From assembly GCA_965242865.1 (NCBI GenBank), contig CBDETK010000013.1:2560001-2624000 (forward strand): a stretch of 64,000 bases of DNA, written 5' to 3'. Numbering within the stretch: position 1 is the stretch's first letter; every line of letters starts with the position of its first letter. Source of the DNA: Candidatus Latescibacterota bacterium. GTDB taxonomy: Bacteria; Latescibacterota; UBA2968; UBA8231. Made by a program: the position numbers and the translations under genes. The notes under the pieces are model-generated. The model did no database searches, was not told where the DNA came from, and saw only the letters and a list, made by a program, of their open reading frames with translations. This document shows, in pieces, positions 56,914 through 64,000 of the stretch.

Positions 56914-58328
56914 GGCCGTTGTGCCTCCCGCTGCTGGTGCTGCTCGCCTGCGCCTCAGTAGAGGACGGGGCCTCTCCCGTCCTCAGCTTCCCCCCGCCGG
57001 ACCAATGGATAGCTGACGCCTCCGCAGAGCCGGTCGCCGACCGCTGGTGGCGCGACATGGGAGCCGCACGCCTCGACAGCCTCGTGGCCTTGGCCTTAGC
57101 TCATAACTACGATCTCAAGGCCGCTGGGGCGCGTCTGGCCCAAGCCCAAGCCCAAGCCCGAGTGGCCGGGGCCCCGCTCTGGCCCCAGCTCAACGCCAAC
57201 GCCAATGGCGCGCGGCGCAAACAAAACTTCGTCGGCCTTCCCATTCCCGGGCGCGACCCAGACCAAGTCTTGAGTTCTACCAGCACCTCCTTTGGCGTCG
57301 ATCTGACTGCGAGTTGGGAGGCGGACCTGTGGGGTCGCCTGCGGGCCGGGGCCCAAGCCGCGCTGGCCGACGCGGCGGCCGCGGCCGCTGATTTTCGGGC
57401 GGCGCGCCTCTCGCTGGCCGCGCAGACGGCGCGGGCCTATTTCGCCGCGGTCGAAGCGGGGCGCCAAGTCGAGCTGGCGCAGGCCACCGTTGAAAACTAC
57501 CGGCTCTCCACCGACCAGATAGCGGACCGCTATCGCCGCGGCTTGCGCTCATCGCTCGACGTGCGCTTGGGCCGGTCGAGCTTGGCTACGGCCGAAGCAA
57601 CCCTCGCCCAACGCCGCGGCCAACGGGATGCTGCGCTGCGTCAGCTCGAATTGATCTTGGGCCGCTACCCCGGCGCTCAGGTCGAGGTCGGGGGCGAGTT
57701 GCCCGCGGTCCGCGGTCCGATTCCAGCCGGCCTGCCCGCCCAGCTCGTGGGCCGACGGCCGGACCTCGTGGCCGCGGAGCGCCGCCTCGCCGCGGCCGAT
57801 CGCCGGTTGGCCCAAGCTCGGCGCGCCCTGTTGCCGCGCATCAGTCTCACGGCCTCTACGGGCCGCTCGTCGAGCGCGTTGAGCAACCTGCTCGATGGCG
57901 ACTTTTCGATCTGGAGTCTCGTGGGCAATATCACGCAGCCCTTGCTGCAAGGGGGTCGCCTGCGCGCCGGCGTCGATCAAGCCGCGGCCGGGGCCGAGCA
58001 AGCACTCTTTGCCTACGCGCAAAGCGCCCTCAAGGCATACAGCGAGGTAGAGGCGGCCCTGAACGCCGAAGGGTTGCTCGCCGACCAAGAACGCGCCCTC
58101 GCGACCGCGGCCGAAGAAGCCTTGGCCGCACGCGCCTTAGCCGAAGATCGCTACGTCCGCGGGCTTGCCGATCTCATCGCCCTGCTAGAGTCGCAACGCC
58201 GAGCCTTTGACGCCCAGAGCCGCTTGCTCGCCATTCGCCGCCAGCGGCTCGATACGCGCATTGACCTGCACTTGGCGCTGGGCGGTGGCTTTACCCTCGC
58301 CTCTCAATCCGCGGAGCTTCAGCAATGA
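56910..58328 (+). CDS. RND efflux outer membrane lipoprotein (NodT/OprM family)
   Basis: Lipobox LLAC; SWEADLWGR, RRPDL and LALGGG motifs. Confidence 0.9.
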   Translation: MRPLCLPLLVLLACASVEDGASPVLSFPPPDQWIADASAEPVADRWWRDMGAARLDSLVALALAHNYDLKAAGARLAQAQAQARVAGAPLWPQLNANANGARRKQNFVGLPIPGRDPDQVLSSTSTSFGVDLTASWEADLWGRLRAGAQAALADAAAAAADFRAARLSLAAQTARAYFAAVEAGRQVELAQATVENYRLSTDQIADRYRRGLRSSLDVRLGRSSLATAEATLAQRRGQRDAALRQLELILGRYPGAQVEVGGELPAVRGPIPAGLPAQLVGRRPDLVAAERRLAAADRRLAQARRALLPRISLTASTGRSSSALSNLLDGDFSIWSLVGNITQPLLQGGRLRAGVDQAAAGAEQALFAYAQSALKAYSEVEAALNAEGLLADQERALATAAEEALAARALAEDRYVRGLADLIALLESQRRAFDAQSRLLAIRRQRLDTRIDLHLALGGGFTLASQSAELQQ

Positions 58329-59563
58329 TGCGCGTCTTCAAAATAGTCTTGCCCGTCGTCATCCTCGCCCTCGGGTTTGGGGCCTTCCAACTGCTGGCCT
58401 CCATGCGCGAGCCGCCCCAGCGCGTCGCGCCCACCTATGCCGGGCCGCTCGTCGAAGCCATGGCCGCCCCGCTCCAACAGGTCCAAGTCGTAGTTGAGGG
58501 GCAGGGCACGGTGCAGCCCGATGCCCAGATCGACCTCGTGCCGCAGGTGTCGGGGGTCGTGGTGTGGAAGGACGCTGATTTCAAACCCGGCGGGACTTTT
58601 GCCAAGGGGGCGCTGCTCTTTCGGCTGGACCCACGCGACTACGAGCTCGCGGTCCAACAGGCTGCGGCCCAAGTGGCGCAGGCGCGCTACCAACTCGACT
58701 TGGCCCGAGCAGAAGCCGCCATTGCCGCGCAAGAGTGGGAGCGGCTCCACGCCCCAGCCCCAGCCCCCACGGACTTGGTGCTCCGCAAACCCCAGTTGCG
58801 CGCGGCCGAGGCCGCCCTCCAAGGCGCGGAAGCCCGCCTCGCCGAAGCGCGGCTGCGCCTCGATCGCACCAAAGTACACGCGCCATTTGCCGGCCGAGTG
58901 CGCACTGCCCGCGTCGATGTCGGCCAACACCTCAACGCCGGCCAAGCCATCGCCCAGATATACAGCATTGAAAAGGCCGAGATCGTCGTCCCGGTCCCGG
59001 ACGAAGACCTCGGGTGGTTCACCCTGCCGCTGCCCATGGACATCGCGCCGGCCAGCACGCCCGTTTCCGAGCGCAACGCCGAGGGCCATTCCCGCGCCTT
59101 TGCCTTTGGCCGAGAGGGGGCCAGCGCCGTGGTCCACGGGGTCTTTGCCGGCCAACGCCACCAGTGGAACGGCCGCGTAGTTCGCACCGAGGGCGAGCTC
59201 GACCCGCAAAGCCGCATGGTCCGCTTAGTGGTGGAGGTCGAAGCGCCCTACGGCGGCATGGCCGACGGGATTCCGCCGCTGACGGTGGGGATGTTCGTCG
59301 ATGTGGCCATTGCCGGTCGCACGGTCGATGGCGTCCGCGTCTTGCCGCGCGCGGCCCTGCGCCAAGGCGACCGCGTGTGGGTGGTGGGCCGCGATGGCGT
59401 CCTCCGCATCCGCCGAGCGCAAGTGGTGCGGGCGCTCGAAAATGAAGTGCTCTCTTACATCGACTTGGATCCCCAAGAGCGGATCATCGTCTCTCAGCTC
59501 AGCGGCGTCACCGACGGGATGCAGGTGAGGTTGGCCGCTGGCAATGCAGGAGATCCACCGTGA
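58325..59563 (+). CDS. RND efflux membrane fusion protein
   Basis: PQVSG, LDRTKVHAPFAG and GMFV motifs. Confidence 0.9.
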   Translation: MMRVFKIVLPVVILALGFGAFQLLASMREPPQRVAPTYAGPLVEAMAAPLQQVQVVVEGQGTVQPDAQIDLVPQVSGVVVWKDADFKPGGTFAKGALLFRLDPRDYELAVQQAAAQVAQARYQLDLARAEAAIAAQEWERLHAPAPAPTDLVLRKPQLRAAEAALQGAEARLAEARLRLDRTKVHAPFAGRVRTARVDVGQHLNAGQAIAQIYSIEKAEIVVPVPDEDLGWFTLPLPMDIAPASTPVSERNAEGHSRAFAFGREGASAVVHGVFAGQRHQWNGRVVRTEGELDPQSRMVRLVVEVEAPYGGMADGIPPLTVGMFVDVAIAGRTVDGVRVLPRAALRQGDRVWVVGRDGVLRIRRAQVVRALENEVLSYIDLDPQERIIVSQLSGVTDGMQVRLAAGNAGDPP

Positions 59564-62500
59564 AAGCACCCGTAGCTTGGATGGCGAAGAACCACGTCGC
59601 GGCCAATCTGCTGATGGGCTTCATCATGTTGAGCGGCCTGTTTTCCATGATGCAGACCAAGAAAGAGACCTTCCCCGAGATGTCGCTCGACCAAGTGCAG
59701 ATTCAAGTGCCCTATCTGGGCGCGACCCCGGCCGAGGTCGAAGACGCGGTCTGCAAGCGCATTGAGGAGCGGGTGCGCGGCCTAGAGGGGGTGCGCCGCG
59801 TGCGCTCCACCGCCGCCGAGGGCATGGGCTCGGTCAGCATTGAGCTGGAGCGCGGGGCCGATCTAGACAAACTCCTCGACGACATCAAAAACGAGATCGA
59901 CCGCATCGACACCTTTCCCGCCGAGGTCGAAGAGCCGGTCATCAAGGAACTGACGCGGCGCAATCAAGCCATCGACGTGGTCCTCTACGGCGAGGTCGAG
60001 GAAAAGGCCCTCAAAGTCGCGGCCGAGCGCGTGCGCGACGACCTGCGCAGCAGCGGCGTGATTTCGCAGGTCGAGCTCAAGGGCGTGCGCGTCGATGAGA
60101 TTGCCATTGAGGTGTCCGAAGAGGCGTTGCGCCGCTACGGGCTGACCTTCGCGCAAGTCGCTGACGCCGTGCGCCGCACGAGCCTCGACCTGCCGGCGGG
60201 CCGCGTCGAAAGCGAGGACGGCGCGATCTTGCTCCGCACGCAGGGGCTGATGCGCTCGGGGCGCGAATACGAAGAGGTCGTGGTCCTCACCCGCCCCGAC
60301 GGCACGGCCCTCAAGCTCAAAGACATGGCCACGGTCGTCGATGGCTTTGAGGATACCGAGCTCATCTCGCGCTTCAACGGCCAGCCAGCGGCCGTGGTGC
60401 AAGTCTATCGCATTGGCGACCAAAGTGCGCTCGACATCTCCGCTTATGTCCATCAGTACATCGAGGACAAACGCTCAACCCTGCCGGCGGGAATCCACAT
60501 CAACTACGCACGCGACGACGCCCGCATCCTGCGCAGCCGCATAGACCTGCTGATCCGCAACGCCCGCCTCGGCTTGGTGCTGGTCTTTATCTGCCTGAGC
60601 TTCTTCCTCGATCTGCGCTTGGCGTTCTGGGTGATGATGGGCATTCCCATCAGCTTTTTGGGGGCCTTCGTGCTGATGGAGCCTTTTGACGCCTCGATCA
60701 ACATGCTTTCCCTGTTCGCCTTTATCGTGGCCTTGGGCATTGTGGTTGATGACGCGATCATCGTCGGCGAAAACATCTTTGCCCACCGCGTGCAGGGGAA
60801 ACCCTTTGGCCGCGCCGCCATTGATGGCGCCCTCGAAGTGGGGACGCCGGTCACCTTCTCGATCATGACCTCGATTGCTGCTTTTATGCCGCTGTTTTTC
60901 GTCGAGGGCCTGATGGGCAAGTTCATGTCGGTCATGCCGGTGATCGTCATCTCCGTGCTCCTGCTATCGCTGATTGAGAGCCTGTTCATTCTGCCGGCGC
61001 ACCTATCTTCCGAGGGGGACGGGGCACTCAGCCGCCTCGTTCGCCGGCTCTTGGCGCGCCCGCTCGCTTGGCACGACCGGGTCGTCGTCCTCTTTGACCG
61101 CGGCCTCCAGTACGTCATCCACAACGCCTATCAGCCCACGCTGCGCTTGGCGCTGGCCCACCCGATCTCCAGCGCGGCCTTGGCCTTGTCGCTGATGATG
61201 GGGACCGGCGGGCTGATCGCCGGAGGCCATATCAAGTTCGTGTTTATGCCCGAGATCGGCTCCGATTGGGTGACCATCTCGGTCAACATGCCCCAAGGCA
61301 CCACGGCCAGCCAGACCGCCAAAGTCGTGCAATACATCGAGGAAAAGGCCCTCGCCCTGCGCGACCAGATCGACGCCGAGCGCGCCAGCGAGGATTCCAT
61401 CTATCGCAATGTGTTTACGTACATCGGCGACCAACCCACGGCCCGGCGTTCCTCCTTTGCGTCGGCCCCGGGGGCCGGCGGCCAAGGGCACCTCGCCGAA
61501 ATTACCATTGAGCTGCAACCTTCTGAGGAGCGCGATTTCGACAGCACGGAGATCGAGTCGCAGCTGCGCCAACGGGTCGGCGAAGTGCCCGGCCCGGAAT
61601 CCATTGTTTTCTCTTCGCTGCTGTTTTCCGCCGGCAATCCCATTGAAGTCGAGCTCGCCGCGGACAACTTCGATCAGCTCTTGTTGGCGGTCGATCGGCT
61701 CAAGGGCAAAATCGCCGAGTACGCCGGCGTCGGCGACATCCAAGACAGCTTTGAGGAAGGCAAGCTGGAGATGAAGCTCCAGCTCAAGCCCCAAGCCCGC
61801 ACCCTCGGCCTCACGCTCGCGGATCTGGCCCGTCAAGTGCGCCAAGGCTTTTACGGCGACCAAGCACTGCGCTTCCAGCGCGGCTCGGACGATGTGCGGG
61901 TGATGGTGCGCTACCCCAAAGGCGAGCGCCGCAACCTAGGCGACGTGCGCTCGATGCGCGTCCGCACGCCATCGGGGGCCGAGGTGCCCTTTGGCGAGGT
62001 CGCCACCGTGGCCATTGGCCACGCCTATGCTTCCATCCAGCGCACCGATGGCCAGCGCGTGGTGCGGGTGACTGCCTCGGTCGATGACCAAGTCGCCAAT
62101 GCCGACGAGATCAACCGCGATCTCGAATCGTCTTTGCTGCCCGCCCTCGCCGCGGACTATCCCGGCCTGCGCTACCGATTCGGCGGCGAGCAAAAGGAGC
62201 AGCAGGATTCGCTGCAGAGCCTGCTGTCCAACTTTGCCATCGCTCTTTTTGCCATTTACATGTTGCTGGCCGTGCCCTTCAAATCGTACACCCAGCCCCT
62301 CGTTGTCATGAGCGCGATTCCCTTCGGCATCATTGGCGCGGTTTGGGGGCATCTGCTCATGGGCTTGGACTTGGCCCTGTTGAGCTTCTTTGGCATCGTC
62401 GCGCTGTCGGGCGTGGTGGTCAACGATTCGCTGGTGCTGCTGACCTTCTACAACCAGATGCTGCGCGGGGGGACGCCGCACGCAGAAGCCCTAGTTTCAG

Positions 62501-62763
62501 CCGGGGCGGCCCGCTTCCGCCCCATCCTCCTCACCTCCCTGACGACCTTCTTTGGGCTGTTGCCGATGATCCTCGAAAAAAGCATCCAAGCGCAGTTCCT
62601 AATCCCCATGGCCGTCAGCTTGGGCTTTGGCATCCTCTTTGCCACCTTCATCATTTTGCTGGGCGTCCCGGTGGGCATGCACCTGCTGGTGAAAGCACAG
62701 GGGCTTTGGGCGCGGTTGGGCGCGGGTAAAACCGCCTCGGTCGCGCCGGTTCCTGAGTCTTGA
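59560..62763 (+). CDS. RND efflux permease (AcrB/AcrD/AcrF family)
   Basis: GIVVDDAIIVGEN, GVVVNDSLV and RFRPILLTSLTT motifs. Confidence 0.93.
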   Translation: MKAPVAWMAKNHVAANLLMGFIMLSGLFSMMQTKKETFPEMSLDQVQIQVPYLGATPAEVEDAVCKRIEERVRGLEGVRRVRSTAAEGMGSVSIELERGADLDKLLDDIKNEIDRIDTFPAEVEEPVIKELTRRNQAIDVVLYGEVEEKALKVAAERVRDDLRSSGVISQVELKGVRVDEIAIEVSEEALRRYGLTFAQVADAVRRTSLDLPAGRVESEDGAILLRTQGLMRSGREYEEVVVLTRPDGTALKLKDMATVVDGFEDTELISRFNGQPAAVVQVYRIGDQSALDISAYVHQYIEDKRSTLPAGIHINYARDDARILRSRIDLLIRNARLGLVLVFICLSFFLDLRLAFWVMMGIPISFLGAFVLMEPFDASINMLSLFAFIVALGIVVDDAIIVGENIFAHRVQGKPFGRAAIDGALEVGTPVTFSIMTSIAAFMPLFFVEGLMGKFMSVMPVIVISVLLLSLIESLFILPAHLSSEGDGALSRLVRRLLARPLAWHDRVVVLFDRGLQYVIHNAYQPTLRLALAHPISSAALALSLMMGTGGLIAGGHIKFVFMPEIGSDWVTISVNMPQGTTASQTAKVVQYIEEKALALRDQIDAERASEDSIYRNVFTYIGDQPTARRSSFASAPGAGGQGHLAEITIELQPSEERDFDSTEIESQLRQRVGEVPGPESIVFSSLLFSAGNPIEVELAADNFDQLLLAVDRLKGKIAEYAGVGDIQDSFEEGKLEMKLQLKPQARTLGLTLADLARQVRQGFYGDQALRFQRGSDDVRVMVRYPKGERRNLGDVRSMRVRTPSGAEVPFGEVATVAIGHAYASIQRTDGQRVVRVTASVDDQVANADEINRDLESSLLPALAADYPGLRYRFGGEQKEQQDSLQSLLSNFAIALFAIYMLLAVPFKSYTQPLVVMSAIPFGIIGAVWGHLLMGLDLALLSFFGIVALSGVVVNDSLVLLTFYNQMLRGGTPHAEALVSAGAARFRPILLTSLTTFFGLLPMILEKSIQAQFLIPMAVSLGFGILFATFIILLGVPVGMHLLVKAQGLWARLGAGKTASVAPVPES

Positions 62764-64000
62764 AGGATTGGTGGGGTGGTCTGTTGCCGTTGTGCATGGT
62801 GGCTTGTGCGCCGGCGGACGGCCCTCCCTTCATTGACAAGGCCGGCGAGTGGGGCTTGGACCGGCCCCACGTCGGCGGCGGCGCGGAAAAGCGCTATATC
62901 GTCGAAGCCAAAGGCGGCGGGGCCGCGCTCCTCGACGCAGACTTGGACGGCGACTTGGACATCTACTGGGTCAATGGGGAGGGCGGTGGCAATGCCCTCT
63001 ACCGCAACGACCACAACGACCGCGCCCGCAACTTTGTCGATAGAGCGGTCGCGGCCGGGGTGGTGGGTCGCGGCTGGGGCATGGGGGCGCTGAGCGCGGA
63101 CTACGATGCCGACGGCGACGCCGATTTGTACGTCACGTGCCTGCGCGAAAACATCCTCTATCGCAACGACGGGTTGGAGCAATTCGCCGACGCTACGGCC
63201 AGCGCCGGGCTGGCGCTGCCGGTGTGGAGTACGGGCGCGGCCATGGGCGACGCGGACTTGGACGGCGACTTGGATTTGTACGTGGCCAATTACGCGGATT
63301 TTGATTCGGCCACAGTGCGGCCCTTGGGGACGCAGTGGAAGGGCCGGGACGTGTTCGTCGGCCCGCTGGGCTTGCCCGCGCAGCCGGATGTGCTCTACCG
63401 CAACGAGGGCGCGGGCGTCTTTACCGATGTGACGGCCGCCAGCGGCCTCGGGCGGCCTGACCCGGGCTATGGGTTTGCCGTGCTCTTCGTGGACAGCGAC
63501 GACGACGGCGATTTGGACTTGTATGTCGCCAACGACTCAACGCCCAATTTCCTCTACCGCAACGATGGTGCCGGTATCTTTGCCGAAGTGGGGTTACGGG
63601 CCAACGCCGCGCTGGGGGAAACGGGCTTGGCGCAGGCTGGCATGGGCGCGGCGTGGGGCGATTACGACAACGATGGCGACAGCGATTTGCTGGTCACCAA
63701 CTTTGAGGACGACTACAACACGCTCTATCGCAACACCGGCCGCGGCACTTTTGCGGACGTGAGCTTTGCCGCTGGCTTGGGGCGCATCAGCCTTCCCTAC
63801 GTGGGGTTTGGCGCGGTCTTTTTCGACTTTGACAACGACGCCGACCCAGACTTATTCGTGGCCAACGGGCACGTGTACCCCCAAATCGAACGCCCGGGCA
63901 GCGGCGCGACCTACGCGCAAGCCAACCACTTGTTCGCCAATGACGCCGGTCACTTCCGCCTCGTTGAGCGCGCCCCAAGCGAGAAGCAGGCGGTCAGTCG
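62760..64000 (+). CDS. CRTAC1/FG-GAP repeat lipoprotein (truncated by window end)
   Basis: Open frame from TTG 62760 (MKDWWGGLLPLCMVAC...) with repeated DxDxDGDxDLYV and LYRN motifs; not in the ORF track because it has no stop. Confidence 0.85.
   Translation, partial: MKDWWGGLLPLCMVACAPADGPPFIDKAGEWGLDRPHVGGGAEKRYIVEAKGGGAALLDADLDGDLDIYWVNGEGGGNALYRNDHNDRARNFVDRAVAAGVVGRGWGMGALSADYDADGDADLYVTCLRENILYRNDGLEQFADATASAGLALPVWSTGAAMGDADLDGDLDLYVANYADFDSATVRPLGTQWKGRDVFVGPLGLPAQPDVLYRNEGAGVFTDVTAASGLGRPDPGYGFAVLFVDSDDDGDLDLYVANDSTPNFLYRNDGAGIFAEVGLRANAALGETGLAQAGMGAAWGDYDNDGDSDLLVTNFEDDYNTLYRNTGRGTFADVSFAAGLGRISLPYVGFGAVFFDFDNDADPDLFVANGHVYPQIERPGSGATYAQANHLFANDAGHFRLVERAPSEKQAVS

Overview
GC-rich bacterial chromosome segment. 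The gene content (LRR/YWTD eukaryote-like lipoprotein, FG-GAP/ASPIC proteins, an I-type lysozyme inhibitor) suggests an invertebrate- or sponge-associated lineage, but that is inference only. The backbone is housekeeping and envelope genes: accA, queF, queC, uvrA, PBP1A, rlmN, M23 peptidase, larC, dppABC, glgB, a DprE1/E2-like pair, a UXS-like gene, an RND efflux operon and tRNA-Gly(GCC). Small accessory cassettes are interspersed, with no integrase or transposase visible. (1) A two-domain amino-MTase plus HNH endonuclease is flanked by a 60-bp duplication of the queC 3' end. (2) A PemK/MazF toxin-antitoxin pair is flanked by a perfect 97-bp duplication that contains a promoter-like site. (3) An AAA_21 + DUF4276 module has an internally deleted partner gene. 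The most striking structure is a two-copy inverted cassette (35559-36452 and 50767-53116). Both copies share a palindrome followed by a poly-C tract, a ~330-nt structured leader, a lipoprotein N-terminus and a 3' trailer, and these enclose a variable LRR/YWTD payload. Across the window CCWGG looks depleted while CTAGG/CTTGG-type words look enriched. All calls were made by eye from the sequence and ORF track; no searches or counts were run.
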